NCBI RefSeq assembly: GCF_004376175.1
Contig: NZ_SNUY01000041.1
Coordinates: 1-26,775 of the forward strand
Reading direction: 5' to 3'
Source of the DNA: Halalkalibacterium halodurans
GTDB lineage: Bacteria; Bacillota; Bacilli; Bacillales; Bacillaceae_D
DNA length: 26,775 bases
Position numbers and translations under genes: made by a program. Under the pieces are notes generated by a model that worked only from the letters and a program-made list of their open reading frames with translations, ran no database searches and had not been told where the DNA came from. This document shows, piece by piece, positions 8,627 through 18,211 of this stretch (within the stretch, counting starts at the first letter, position 1; each line of letters starts with the position of its first letter).

Positions 8627-9169
8627 TCATTTTAGGGAAAGGGCTAGCTTTTCTTTAAGCACCTCAAGATCGTCCCATAATAAACCGATTTCCGCTAACG
8701 ATTGGCCAGCCAATTCAAACGATGCTTCCTTCCACTCTTTTGCCCCGAGTTTTCGGTAAAAGCTAGCAGATGGGTTATCCTTTAACACCCATACAAAGAG
8801 ATTGTTCAGCTTCCTAGCCTTTAGTTCCTGTACTAATGCTGCCAGCAGCCGTTGACCGATGCCTCTCCGCTGGTATTCTTCTAAAATGTATACTGCATAG
8901 AGCTCCCCTGCTGCCCCTTCAACTCCATCTCTCACTGGGCCACCGCTAATAAAACCAACGATTTGATCATCCTTTTCGGCTACATATAAAACAGTGTTTT
9001 CTGGTGGTTGACTAAAGTAATCCTGCCACCTTTTCTCCTTCTCTTCATAGGATAGGCTCTTTAAGAAGGGTTGCTTAATGATTCCATCATATGTTGTCCG
9101 CCAGCTATCCACATGGACGCGAGCAATTCCTGCTGCATCTTCTTTACGTGCGTGTCGGATCAATGCCAT
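8627..9169 (-). CDS. GNAT-family N-acetyltransferase
   Basis: Acetyl-CoA binding motif A is QRRGIGQRLL and the size is typical. SD AAGGGA lies 8 nt before the ATG at 9169 (MALIRHA...); the track start at 9178 has no usable spacing. Confidence 0.88.
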   Translation of the reverse strand: MALIRHARKEDAAGIARVHVDSWRTTYDGIIKQPFLKSLSYEEKEKRWQDYFSQPPENTVLYVAEKDDQIVGFISGGPVRDGVEGAAGELYAVYILEEYQRRGIGQRLLAALVQELKARKLNNLFVWVLKDNPSASFYRKLGAKEWKEASFELAGQSLAEIGLLWDDLEVLKEKLALSLK

Positions 9170-9282
9170 CTGTCTCATCCCTTCTTCTTAAAAAATTTAG
9201 CTTACTGGCCAGTCTTAATGGCAAAGCTGATTGTTTATCTGCATTTTCATCCGTATAGAACACTACGCTTAATCATCATACT

Positions 9283-9317
9283 AAAGAAACCTCGATTTAG
9301 GATCAGCACAATCGAGG
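9283..9317 (-). terminator. Terminator-like hairpin downstream of the aldo/keto reductase gene
   Basis: On the minus strand: CCTCGATT, 12-nt loop, AATCGAGG (9290-9317), followed by TTTCTTT. Confidence 0.45.
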
Positions 9318-9400
9318 CCTCGTTTTATTCAACCTTATTTCGGATCGTTACGTTCGTGTCACGCGTCTCTCCCACTAAGCGGGCGGTGCTTCCCTTACGT

Positions 9401-10234
9401 TTAAAAATCAAAGTTGTCTGGATCAGGGCCTACCCGTTCATTTTTGTTCAACTCGTTTATTTGCTGCATGTCTTTATCAGTCAGTTGGAAATCAAAAATA
9501 TCGGCATTACTAATGATTCGGTCTTTTTTAACCGATTTAGGAATCGTGACGACTTCATTTTGTAAATCCCAACGTAAAATGATTTGTGCGGGTGTTTTCT
9601 GATGCGCTTCTGCAATGGCTACAATTGTTGGATCATTTAACAACTGACCTTGCTTCAATGGAGACCAGGCTTCCAATTGGATTTTGTTTTGCTTACAAAA
9701 GTCATGAAGCTCTGTTTGCGTTAAATGAGGATGATACTCCACTTGATTGACCATCGGAACAATCGACCCTGCCTCTAGGACGTCTTTCAGATGATGCACT
9801 TGGAAGTTGCTTACGCCGATTGCACGAACAAGCCCATCTTGATACAGTTTCTCTAGAGCTTTCCATGTCTCGACATACTTGCCTTTCACCGGCCAATGAA
9901 CTAAGTATAGATCCAGATAATCAAGGCCAAGCTTTTTCAAACTTATGTTAAACGCCGAAATCGTAGAATCAAACCCCTGATCTGCATTCCATACTTTTGA
10001 TGTGATGAAGAGCTCCTCACGCGGGACTCCAGATTCAGCAATCGCTTTGCCTACTCCTTCCTCATTCCCGTATACAGCTGCCGTGTCAATACTTTTGTAT
10101 CCAGCCCTGATAGCATCTTTTACCGACTGGATCACTTCATCCCCTTCACTTACTTTAAACACACCAAGGCCAAACCAAGGCATTTTCACGCCGTTATGTA
10201 AGGTAGTCGTTGCTTGTAAGCTGTTTGCCATCAT
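9401..10234 (-). CDS. Aldo/keto reductase (YtbE/YvgN-like glyoxal or aldehyde reductase)
   Basis: The AKR catalytic tetrad context is present: IDTAAVYGNEE (Asp, Tyr), ITSKVW (Lys), LVHWP (His). AAGGAGG lies upstream of tandem ATG codons (start 10234 or 10231). Confidence 0.92.
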   Translation of the reverse strand: MMANSLQATTTLHNGVKMPWFGLGVFKVSEGDEVIQSVKDAIRAGYKSIDTAAVYGNEEGVGKAIAESGVPREELFITSKVWNADQGFDSTISAFNISLKKLGLDYLDLYLVHWPVKGKYVETWKALEKLYQDGLVRAIGVSNFQVHHLKDVLEAGSIVPMVNQVEYHPHLTQTELHDFCKQNKIQLEAWSPLKQGQLLNDPTIVAIAEAHQKTPAQIILRWDLQNEVVTIPKSVKKDRIISNADIFDFQLTDKDMQQINELNKNERVGPDPDNFDF

Positions 10235-10415
10235 AGATCCTCCTTTTTTTAGAGATCGTCTTCATTTTCTAACAAAATGGAAGAAAAGAAAACAAATTTG
10301 CTCACACTTAGCGGAACCGAAATCGTTTGGTAAGCTATTGATCCTCTTCTCGCTTCCGTTTGCTTTCCCGATAAACTCCGCCCTAAGCTTTTTCGCATGT
10401 TTCCCGATCCCCTCG

Positions 10416-10799
10416 TTACGGTGCCACAATCTCGACTTTTATTCGGTTAGGATCTTCACAAAACACGGCATAGTGATTCGGCCCTCCGGCGAATGGATGC
10501 CGATCCTCATAAAGAATCGGATCGCCTCTTTCTTTTAATTTTTGCGTGAGTTCGTCCACTTTCTCACGTGATGCTGCATGGAACGCAAGATGGTTAAGCC
10601 CTGTTCGTTTTCGGTGAAACGTTGGAGTTTGAAAGCGGTCTTCTGTCTGCACAAAGACAAGATACGTTTTGCCATGTTTATAGCTCTTTCCTCTTGACCA
10701 GCTTTGATAGTCTTCGTATCCTAGCTCTCCCAAAAGCCAATCCCAAAACTCGATAGATTCTTCTAAATGATCAACATTGATTTCTACATGATGTAGCAC
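10416..10799 (-). CDS. VOC/glyoxalase-family protein
   Basis: HHVEINV and LNHLAFH are metal-ligand-type motifs of the vicinal oxygen chelate fold. The start is GTG. Confidence 0.8.
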   Translation of the reverse strand: MLHHVEINVDHLEESIEFWDWLLGELGYEDYQSWSRGKSYKHGKTYLVFVQTEDRFQTPTFHRKRTGLNHLAFHAASREKVDELTQKLKERGDPILYEDRHPFAGGPNHYAVFCEDPNRIKVEIVAP

Positions 10800-10923
10800 A
10801 AATTCCTTTCCCCTTTCAATTTACATAAGATTATGATCGTAAACCACTCTGACACCCTTCATTTCTCCTTGACATAAGATGATCTTAACTCAAGATGAAA
10901 CCTGGAAAGGAGAGACGATCAAG

Positions 10924-12357
10924 ATGGACTTAACAGTCGCCCACTGGCTTTACTTAGCAGGCACGTGCATCATTATCTTAACGATGCTGTTTAGACAAAA
11001 TGTCGTCGTGCCCGCTCTCCTCATGACGTTCTTGATCGGTTGGACATATAGCGGTTCATTTATGCAAGGATTACAAACCACGTTTAACGGTAGTTTGACA
11101 GCGGCCGGAGCATTGTTTAACATCTTTTTAATTATCGCCATCATGACGGCTTTGCTTGATGCATTGAAGTCAATAGGCTCTGATAAGCAAATGATTATTC
11201 CTTTTCAAAAAGTAATGATCAATGGCCATGTCTCGTTTTTTATTCTCGTCTTTGTTACCTATACCCTCTCCCTTTTCTTCTGGCCTGCCCCGGCTGTGCC
11301 ACTGATCGGGGCATTGTTAATTCCGGTGGCCATCCGCTCAGGTTTACCAGCGATGACATCCGCATTAGCAATCTCTCTAGCTGGACATGGGATGGCTCTT
11401 TCATCAGACTTTGTCATCCAAGCAGCTCCTGCTCTTACGGCCACAGCCGCCGGTGTTGATGTGACAGAAATTACAGATAAAACATTAATTCTCTCCTTAA
11501 TTGCTGGCGCCGTTTCACTGTTAATTGTTTATTTTCAAGGACGACGTCACATTCGCTCAGCCTCACCGAGGTTGTTAACAAAATGGGAGCAAAAAGAAGC
11601 AGGTAGTGGTGGTGTACAGAGGGCGGACGATCGAATGAAGGTTCGTTCTGGACGACATAGCTTCATCTATGCGTGTCTCGTACCATTAACCTTTTTAGGG
11701 ATTATCGTTTACGTGATCCTCGCCACATTTACGAGTCTCGTCCCTTCAATTGCCAGTGGAGCAGGAGCGGCATTAATTGGCGGAATTGCGATTTTACTGC
11801 TCATTGCAGCCACAGCGTCGTATGACTACCGAACAGTCTTGAAGCATGTGAGCGATCATTTGACGAATGGCTTTGTGTTTGCTTTCAAAGTGATGGGACT
11901 CGTCATTCCGATTGCTGGCTTTTTCTTGATCGGCAGTAACAATCATGCTGCTAGCATTTTAAATATTCCTAGCGGTCAAGATGCCCCTGCGTTTTTGTTT
12001 GATCTCGTTCAGGCAAGTCAGCTCGTCATCCCTGAACACCCATTCGTCTCTGGTTTTGCGATTTTGATTTTAGGAATGATTTCCGGCCTTGATGGCTCTG
12101 GCTTCTCGGGTCTTCCCCTCGTCGGAACCCTTTCTGTTGCCCTCGGTCATACAACAGGAATGGATGTCGCTACTTTAGCCTCGATTGGCCAAGTAGGCGC
12201 CATTTGGGTTGGAGGCGGCACACTCGTCGCTTGGTCACCAATCATTGCCATTGCCGGCTTTGCCAAGGTCCCGATCATCGAAATGGTAAGAAGGAGCTTT
12301 ATCCCTGTATGTATTGGACTAATTGTAGCGACTGCCTTCGGGCTCTTGTTTTTCTAA
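10924..12357 (+). CDS. Polytopic permease of unknown substrate (ion-transporter-superfamily-like, about 12 TM)
   Basis: The protein is hydrophobic throughout, with a central hydrophilic loop (RSASPRLLTKWEQKEAGSGGVQRADDRMK). AAGGAGA lies 9-10 nt before the ATG at 10924; the track start at 10879 has no SD. The family assignment is uncertain. Confidence 0.75.
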   Translation: MDLTVAHWLYLAGTCIIILTMLFRQNVVVPALLMTFLIGWTYSGSFMQGLQTTFNGSLTAAGALFNIFLIIAIMTALLDALKSIGSDKQMIIPFQKVMINGHVSFFILVFVTYTLSLFFWPAPAVPLIGALLIPVAIRSGLPAMTSALAISLAGHGMALSSDFVIQAAPALTATAAGVDVTEITDKTLILSLIAGAVSLLIVYFQGRRHIRSASPRLLTKWEQKEAGSGGVQRADDRMKVRSGRHSFIYACLVPLTFLGIIVYVILATFTSLVPSIASGAGAALIGGIAILLLIAATASYDYRTVLKHVSDHLTNGFVFAFKVMGLVIPIAGFFLIGSNNHAASILNIPSGQDAPAFLFDLVQASQLVIPEHPFVSGFAILILGMISGLDGSGFSGLPLVGTLSVALGHTTGMDVATLASIGQVGAIWVGGGTLVAWSPIIAIAGFAKVPIIEMVRRSFIPVCIGLIVATAFGLLFF

Positions 12358-12385
12358 TGAAAAAAGCGATACTCCTACCCTTTAA

Positions 12386-12416
12386 AAGAAGAGAAGTCAT
12401 CTCGACTTCTCTTCTT
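12386..12416. terminator. 13-bp stem hairpin between convergent genes, overlapping the last codons of the HemD-like gene
   Basis: AAGAAGAGAAGTC (12386-12398), 5-nt loop, GACTTCTCTTCTT (12404-12416). There is no strong U-tract on either strand. Confidence 0.4.
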
Positions 12417-13215
12417 GAACATAAGAAGCTAATGCGACAATCATCGCCCCCATACGTTCGAGCTCAGGTGCAACAATTCGCTTAATTCCTTCATCTTGGA
12501 GCGCTTCCGTCGTCACTTTACCAACGGAAACGGCAATCACGTGGCGTTGGAACGCTTCTACCAATAGGTCTTTCATGTTGTTCTTTTTCGCATACGTAAA
12601 CAATTCCCGCACTTGAATAGCTGCCGTAAAACAAACAGCATCGAATGCCCTTTCCTCAATTTCTCGAAAAAATTGAGCCATCGTTTCTTCTTTCGCTGGA
12701 GTATGTCGGTAAGGTAACAACGTTTGAATATCGGCTCCTTTTTCCTCTAAAAAGGCCAGAAGCTTCGGCGCATTTTCTCCATGCAACTGTACCATGACCC
12801 GCTTTCCTGTCACGTCTGCACCTTCCATTGCGGCTACGAGCCCGCTTACAGTTCCGTCATTATCGACCACTTCTGCTTGAAGTCCTAATTGTTTAATGAC
12901 ATTCTTTGTTTTGTAACCTCTGGCAGCAATATTGGCTTCCTTCAGTCTTGCAAGAAACTCATCTTTTTTTCCGATTCGCTCGGCAAGCTCGACTAAAGTA
13001 TTTGTACCGATCCCTGTCGTGAGAATAGCCCAATCTGCCCCTTTTAAAATAAACGTTTCAAGGTCTTTTAGTACTTCATCGTCGGCTCGGAAAACCGTTC
13101 CCTGCAACGACCGAACCAACGGGGTTCCTCCCTGTTTTTCAATCAATGTAGACATTTCGTCTGTTTTTCGTGTTCCGGCAAGAACCACTTTGTAACCTGA
13201 AAGTGCGTTCCCCAT
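12397..13215 (-). CDS. Uroporphyrinogen-III synthase (HemD)-like protein, stand-alone
   Basis: The two-lobed HemD pattern is present (VVLAGTRKTDE...PLVRS; DWAILTTGIG; AARGYKT; VMVQLHGE). AAGGAGG lies 8 nt before the ATG at 13215 (MGNALS...). Confidence 0.8.
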   Translation of the reverse strand: MGNALSGYKVVLAGTRKTDEMSTLIEKQGGTPLVRSLQGTVFRADDEVLKDLETFILKGADWAILTTGIGTNTLVELAERIGKKDEFLARLKEANIAARGYKTKNVIKQLGLQAEVVDNDGTVSGLVAAMEGADVTGKRVMVQLHGENAPKLLAFLEEKGADIQTLLPYRHTPAKEETMAQFFREIEERAFDAVCFTAAIQVRELFTYAKKNNMKDLLVEAFQRHVIAVSVGKVTTEALQDEGIKRIVAPELERMGAMIVALASYVQEEKSR

Positions 13216-13346
13216 AGAATAGCCCCTCCTTTTTCTCCTCATAAAGAATGGTTACTAACAGTTTAAACGATTGTGTGCTTTTGACAAGTCACGCTGCTTA
13301 TAAGCTCACCTTACCGCTATAAAAAAGGAGCAGTATAGTCTGCTTC

Positions 13347-14750
13347 TCACGTAGAAGAGGCGGTCTTGACTAAGTCCAATTCCATTTCCTCTTTTGTCTT
13401 CAAGAAAAAGACGTTTCGGTCTCGGTACAGTAAGACCACGGTTAGAATAAACGAAAGCACATCCGCAATTGGGAATGCCCACCAAACACCTGAAAGACCG
13501 AAGATGTGCGGTAAGATTAATACAAGCGGAATCAAGAAGATGATCTGTCGTGATAAGGAAAGGATCAACGCTTGCTTTGACTTGCCGAGCGACTGATACA
13601 ATCCTCCCGCTACAATTTGCGCACCAATTAAAAAGGTGACACAAAAGAGAATGTGCATCGCGCTAACACCCGCTTGAATCACTTCACGATCTGCTGTGAA
13701 GACCCGTAGCAATGCTTCAGGAAACAGCATAAGTAAAGCAAAGATGCCGATGGAGAAAATGGTCGCAACCTTAAATCCAAGCATCACCGTTTCTCGTAAT
13801 CGGGAATATTGTTTGGCTCCATAGTTATATCCAACAATTGGCTGCATGGCTTGCATAATTCCCATCATTGGCATCATGACAAACATCATAATACGCTGAA
13901 CGAGCCCAAAAACACCTACGTAAAAATCACTACCAAAACGAAGGAGCATACTGTTGATCGCGATCATCATCAAACTAGCAGATGATTGTTGTACGAACGC
14001 TGGTAATCCAACAAGACACACTTCTTTTATGACAGAACCTTTCATACGAAGATCAGACCAATGAAGGGAGAGTGTACTTTTCCCTGTTAAAAAATAGCGA
14101 AGAACCAAGCCTGTGACAGAAGCCTGGGCAATCACTGTCGCAATAGACGCCCCAAGCACGCCCATGTTCAAACCGAAAATAAACAAGACGTCTAGCAGAA
14201 TATTTAGGACAGCGGGGACGATCATCGTAACCATCGCAAATGTCGCATTTCCCTCTGAACGAATGATATTGTTTGCAGCAAAGGCAAAGAAGAAAAAAAT
14301 AGAGCCTAAAAGAATAGGGAATAAATAATCGGTCGCGTACCCTTGGGTTACTGACGTAGCACCAAACAATTGTAAAGCTGGTCCAAGCAATGTGAACGCG
14401 GAAATAAATCCGATTACACTGAGAACGAGAATGACAGTCAAAATATTTCCAAACACTTGGTTCGCTTCCTCGCCGCGCCGTTCTCCTAAACGTCTTGAAA
14501 TGACCGAAGCCCCACCAATCCCTAATGCCCCTGCCATTGACATCATGATCATCATAATTGGAAAGGCAATCGTTACACCTGCAACACCTTCAATTCCAAC
14601 CGCGTATGAGATAAAAATCGTATCCACCACATTGTAAAGAGCCATGACGAACATTCCGATCATCGCTGGGATCGATAAACTTCTCAGTAATTTAGGAATC
14701 GCTTCGGTCCCTAATCTTTCACTTTGTTGCTTTTGTTCCATCTGCTTCAC
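13347..14750 (-). CDS. MATE-family multidrug/toxin efflux transporter
   Basis: The size and organisation fit a 12-TM MATE protein. The start is ambiguous (GTG at 14750 or ATG at 14741). It overlaps the 3' end of the upstream MarR gene, which suggests coupled expression. Confidence 0.88.
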   Translation of the reverse strand: MKQMEQKQQSERLGTEAIPKLLRSLSIPAMIGMFVMALYNVVDTIFISYAVGIEGVAGVTIAFPIMMIMMSMAGALGIGGASVISRRLGERRGEEANQVFGNILTVILVLSVIGFISAFTLLGPALQLFGATSVTQGYATDYLFPILLGSIFFFFAFAANNIIRSEGNATFAMVTMIVPAVLNILLDVLFIFGLNMGVLGASIATVIAQASVTGLVLRYFLTGKSTLSLHWSDLRMKGSVIKEVCLVGLPAFVQQSSASLMMIAINSMLLRFGSDFYVGVFGLVQRIMMFVMMPMMGIMQAMQPIVGYNYGAKQYSRLRETVMLGFKVATIFSIGIFALLMLFPEALLRVFTADREVIQAGVSAMHILFCVTFLIGAQIVAGGLYQSLGKSKQALILSLSRQIIFLIPLVLILPHIFGLSGVWWAFPIADVLSFILTVVLLYRDRNVFFLKTKEEMELDLVKTASST

Positions 14751-15180
14751 GACCTTTTTCTAGATTTGCAATTACTTTTTTTATCCATACGAGAAACAGC
14801 TGCTTCTCCTCTTGAGAGAAGCCTTCCATTAGCTGCTCTTCAAAAGCTAATAAGTTATCCCATAAAATCGCCTGAAGTTCTTCTCCTTTTTCCGTTAATG
14901 AGATCACTTTCTGTCTTTTATCTCGAGCATTATCCTTTTTCACAATTAGTTCACGCTTTCGCATCGATTCAATGATTCCATTCATCGTAGATCCTTTGAT
15001 TAACAGCTTCTTTTGTAAGTTCCCTTGACTTAGATCCCCTTTCCTCGCCAAAAGGGAGAGCACCTTTGTTTGTGCAACTGTTAGCCCATAGGTAGATAAA
15101 TAATCATTGTGACGATTTCGCATCAAATGGGCTGCAACACTGATGTGATAACCTACCTTATCATCAAAATCTTTATTCAT
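14719..15180 (-). CDS. MarR-family transcriptional regulator (paired with the MATE pump)
   Basis: The winged-HTH region reads LTVAQTKVLSLLARKGDLSQGNLQKKLLIKGSTMNGIIESMRKRELIVKKDNARDKRQKVISLTEKG. SD AGGGGG lies 8 nt before the ATG. Confidence 0.9.
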   Translation of the reverse strand: MNKDFDDKVGYHISVAAHLMRNRHNDYLSTYGLTVAQTKVLSLLARKGDLSQGNLQKKLLIKGSTMNGIIESMRKRELIVKKDNARDKRQKVISLTEKGEELQAILWDNLLAFEEQLMEGFSQEEKQLFLVWIKKVIANLEKGREADGTKATK

Positions 15181-15254
15181 TTAGTTAGCCCCCTAACAAA
15201 ATTCCTTCCTAACTATACACCCAACTCAGCTAAAATAGCAACTCTTTTGTTTCA

Positions 15255-15283
15255 TTGACTAAAAACTTCCACTAAGCTACAAT
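15255..15283 (+). promoter_or_regulatory. Strong sigmaA-type promoter candidate for the Gfo/Idh/MocA gene
   Basis: TTGACT (15255-15260), 17 nt, TACAAT (15278-15283). Confidence 0.55.
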
Positions 15284-15378
15284 CAAAACGATGAAGAGAA
15301 GCCATTAAAGGGAGTTTGCTTCACGTTTAGTTGATGACGCTTACACCCATATCTCAGTTGGAGAGAGGAGCAAGCCAA

Positions 15379-16425
15379 ATGGAACAAAAAAAGCTGCGCG
15401 TTGGAATTATTGGAGCTGGAGGGATTGCCCGAACTGTACATATCCCTAGCTATTTATCCTTAAAAGATCAAGTAGAACTCGTTGCTATTACAGATGTACA
15501 ACCTAAACATGCACAAGCTGCGGCAGAACAGTTCTCAATTCCATATGTGTATAACGATGCCTCCCGGATGATGCAGGAAGTTGAATTAGATGCTGTGAGC
15601 ATTTGTACACCTAATGCTTTTCATAGGGAGCTAACAATTGAGGCATTACATGCAGGCTGTCACGTCCTTTGCGAAAAACCACCAGCGATTACCGTAGAAG
15701 ATGCCAAGCAAATGGAAGCTGCAGCAAAGGAAACGGGAAACCTTTTAACGTATGGCTTCCACTATCGTCATTCCCCTGAAGTAGAAACGTTAAGACGTTT
15801 TGTCGATGAAGGTGAATTAGGAGAGATTTATCATGTCCGTGTTCAAGCGATTCGCCGCAGAGGGATCCCAGGTTGGGGCGTGTTTACAAACAAGGAGCTT
15901 CAAGGTGGGGGTCCACTTATCGATATTGGTGTCCATATGCTGGATACCGCTTTATATGTAATGGGCTTTCCAGAACCAGCAACCATTCTTGGGCAAACCC
16001 ATCGGAAGATCGGGACTAAAGAGGGGGTTGGTCTGTTAGGTGAGTGGAATTGGCAGCAGTTTTCGATTGAAGATATGGCTGTTGGGATGATCACGTTTAA
16101 AAATGGCGCTTCCCTTACGATCGAAACAGCGTTTGCTGCCAATGTGAAAGAGCAGGATCATATGAATGTCTCCTTTTTTGGTGATAAAGGAGGGGCTGAC
16201 TTGTTTCCCCTTTCCATCTATCAAGAAAAACATCGTACTTTACTTGATATCACACCGGTTTATTTACCAACGTACAACCATCATGAACGAGAGATTAAAC
16301 ATTTCGTTGATTGTTGCTTCCGTCTAGAACAGCCACTCGCTACTCCTGAGCAAGGAGTTGTGATCCAGCGTCTCATTCAAGGCCTATATCAATCGGCAGA
16401 ATCAGGGAAAGCGATTCAATGGTAA
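15379..16425 (+). CDS. Gfo/Idh/MocA-family NAD(P)-dependent oxidoreductase
   Basis: Rossmann motif LRVGIIGAGGIAR and the family EKP motif (VLCEKPPA) are present. GAGAGAGGAG lies upstream of the ATG at 15379; the track start at 15331 is a TTG without an SD. Confidence 0.9.
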   Translation: MEQKKLRVGIIGAGGIARTVHIPSYLSLKDQVELVAITDVQPKHAQAAAEQFSIPYVYNDASRMMQEVELDAVSICTPNAFHRELTIEALHAGCHVLCEKPPAITVEDAKQMEAAAKETGNLLTYGFHYRHSPEVETLRRFVDEGELGEIYHVRVQAIRRRGIPGWGVFTNKELQGGGPLIDIGVHMLDTALYVMGFPEPATILGQTHRKIGTKEGVGLLGEWNWQQFSIEDMAVGMITFKNGASLTIETAFAANVKEQDHMNVSFFGDKGGADLFPLSIYQEKHRTLLDITPVYLPTYNHHEREIKHFVDCCFRLEQPLATPEQGVVIQRLIQGLYQSAESGKAIQW

Positions 16426-16433
16426 AAGAAAAT

Positions 16434-16475
16434 CATCCGATGGGAAGAGCAACTGCCCATCGGATGTTATTTTCG
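16434..16475. terminator. Bidirectional Rho-independent terminator between the oxidoreductase gene and kduI
   Basis: CATCCGATGGG (16434-16444), 11-nt loop, CCCATCGGATG (16456-16466), followed by TTATTTT on the plus strand and ATTTTCTTTT on the minus strand. Confidence 0.8.
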
Positions 16476-16502
16476 TGAATGCATAGCTTCGAGGCGAAGC
16501 CC

Positions 16503-17333
16503 CTATCGCAAATCTTCCATTTTAATAAATTCCATATCGGTAAATGTGTAATTTTCACCAGCCATTGCCCAAATGAATGTATAGTTCGCAGTGCCAACAC
16601 CAGAGTGAATTGACCACGGTGGAGAAATCACTGCCTGCTCATTTTTCACAACGAGGTGGCGTGTTTCATGGGGCTGTCCCATAAAATGAAACACACGGGA
16701 GTCATCCTCCATATCAAAGTATAAGTATACTTCGTTACGTCGATCATGGATGTGGGCTGGCATCGTATTCCACATATTATTTGGCTCTAAAAGGGTCATT
16801 CCCATCATTAACTGACAGCTTTGAATTCCTTCAGAATGAATGTATTTGTAGATTGTCCGATTGTTCGATTCAGCATCTGAACCGAGCTTAGTCGGAACTG
16901 CTTCTTCAATCGGTAAAACTTTAGTTGGATACTCATGGTGAGCAAGGGCCGAGACAAAATAGAAGCGGGCAGGATTGGATGAATCCTCACTATGAAAGGA
17001 CACATCTCGCTTACCGAGTCCAATATACAAGCAGTCTCTCTTGTTCAACGTATATTCGTCTCCATCCACAATCACTTTCCCCTTCGGCCCTATGTTAATA
17101 ATTCCGACCTCGCGCCGCTCAAGGAAATAATCGGTTTTTAGGAAATCACCTGCATCCAATGCTAGCGGCTCCTTCATTGGGATCGCTCCCCCGATCACCG
17201 TACGGTCAAAATGGGTGTAAACCATCTGAATGTCGCCAGGAGTAAAAAGCGATTCGACTAAAAATTCTTGCCGAAGCTTATCTGTCGTGTAACGTTTTAC
17301 ATCTTCTGGACTAGTCGCATACCGATTTTCCAT
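16503..17333 (-). CDS. kduI: 5-dehydro-4-deoxy-D-glucuronate isomerase
   Basis: The length (276 aa) and N-terminus (LRQEFLVESLF..MVYTHFDRTVIGGAIP) closely follow the KduI pattern. A cupin His cluster is present (HIHDRRNEVYLYF). SD AGGGAG lies 9 nt before the ATG. Confidence 0.93.
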   Translation of the reverse strand: MENRYATSPEDVKRYTTDKLRQEFLVESLFTPGDIQMVYTHFDRTVIGGAIPMKEPLALDAGDFLKTDYFLERREVGIINIGPKGKVIVDGDEYTLNKRDCLYIGLGKRDVSFHSEDSSNPARFYFVSALAHHEYPTKVLPIEEAVPTKLGSDAESNNRTIYKYIHSEGIQSCQLMMGMTLLEPNNMWNTMPAHIHDRRNEVYLYFDMEDDSRVFHFMGQPHETRHLVVKNEQAVISPPWSIHSGVGTANYTFIWAMAGENYTFTDMEFIKMEDLR

Positions 17334-17385
17334 CTATAAACACTCCCTATGAATATGATCAAAAAAGATAACGCTTTCAACGAAA

Positions 17386-18138
17386 CTATGAACTCATCCA
17401 ACCGCCATCTACACACAAAATATGGCCGTTAACATAGCTTGATGCTTCCGATGCGAGAAAGACAACCGGTCCTTTTAAATCGGCAGGCGTTCCCCACTCA
17501 CCTTTTGGAATTCGTGACGTAATATAGGCGTTTCTCACCTCATCGGCACGAAGCGCTGCCGTATTATCTGTCACCATATACCCTGGGGCAATGGCGTTTA
17601 CATTGACTCCTTTTTTTGACCACTCGTTGGCAAGAGACTTCGTAAGTCCAGCGATGGCATGTTTGCTAGCCGTATAGGCAGGAACTCTGAGTCCACCTTG
17701 AAACGAAAGCATAGAGGCAATGTTGATAATCCGTCCAAACCCGTTTTCGATCATATGATTCCCTGCTTCGCGGCACATTTGAAAAACAGCATTTAAATTG
17801 ACATTGATGACATCATTCCAATCTTTATCGGTGAAAGCCTCTGCTTCGTTGCGCCGTATAATCCCCGCATTGTTGACGAGAATATCGATACGTCCTGCCT
17901 TTTCAATCGCATCAGCGATTAATTGCTTTCCGGCCCCTTCCTCAAATAGATCTGCTTTCAGCTCGTAAAAGGTTCGACCTAAAGATTCGATCTGCTGTCG
18001 CGTTTCAGACATATCACTAATCCCAGCGCCAATAACATCCGCTCCAGCCTCTGCAAGTCCAACGGCCATCCCTTGCCCAAGCCCACGGCTAGCTCCCGTA
18101 ACTAACGCGATCTTCCCTTCTAAAGAGAATAATTGCAT
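17386..18138 (-). CDS. kduD: 2-dehydro-3-deoxy-D-gluconate 5-dehydrogenase (SDR family)
   Basis: FSLEGKIALVTGASRGLGQGMAVGLAEAGADV matches the KduD N-terminus. SDR motifs TGxxxGxG, NNAG and YxxxK (YTASKHA) are present. AAGGAGG lies 8 nt before the ATG. Confidence 0.92.
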   Translation of the reverse strand: MQLFSLEGKIALVTGASRGLGQGMAVGLAEAGADVIGAGISDMSETRQQIESLGRTFYELKADLFEEGAGKQLIADAIEKAGRIDILVNNAGIIRRNEAEAFTDKDWNDVINVNLNAVFQMCREAGNHMIENGFGRIINIASMLSFQGGLRVPAYTASKHAIAGLTKSLANEWSKKGVNVNAIAPGYMVTDNTAALRADEVRNAYITSRIPKGEWGTPADLKGPVVFLASEASSYVNGHILCVDGGWMSS

Positions 18139-18157
18139 GCTAGGTACCTCCTTTTTT

Positions 18158-18184
18158 GTTCGATAAGGTTCGTTATAGTTCGAT
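18158..18184 (-). promoter_or_regulatory. Three 10-bp phased CGAAC direct repeats between the kduD -10 box and SD; candidate DeoR operator
   Basis: The minus strand reads TATAATCGAACTATAACGAACCTTATCGAAC. The plus strand has GTTCG at 18158, 18168 and 18178. The 17-mer ATCGAACTATAACGAAC (18168-18184) recurs at 19027-19043 with one change. Confidence 0.5.
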
Positions 18185-18211
18185 TATAGCATGAAGGGAA
18201 ACCGCATTCAA
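18183..18211 (-). promoter_or_regulatory. Near-consensus sigmaA promoter of kduD-kduI
   Basis: On the minus strand: TTGAAT (18206-18211, overlapping the DeoR stop codon), 17 nt, TATAAT (18183-18188). Confidence 0.6.

Noticed and set aside
10249-10398. 49-aa minus-strand ORF (MRKSLGRSLSGKQTEARRGS...) in the VOC/AKR intergenic region.
   Set aside because: It has no convincing SD, a random-looking composition, and it overlaps the AKR SD region.
13328-13345. Short hairpin (AGCAG/CTGCT) with a T-run after the MATE gene as its terminator.
   Set aside because: The stem is only 5 bp and overlaps the stop-codon region, which is too weak to report as a feature.
15181-15200. GTTAG-cccc-CTAAC inverted repeat upstream of the MarR (MATE-linked) gene as an operator.
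   Set aside because: The arms are only 5 bp and the repeat coincides with the SD (AGGGGG) of the gene.
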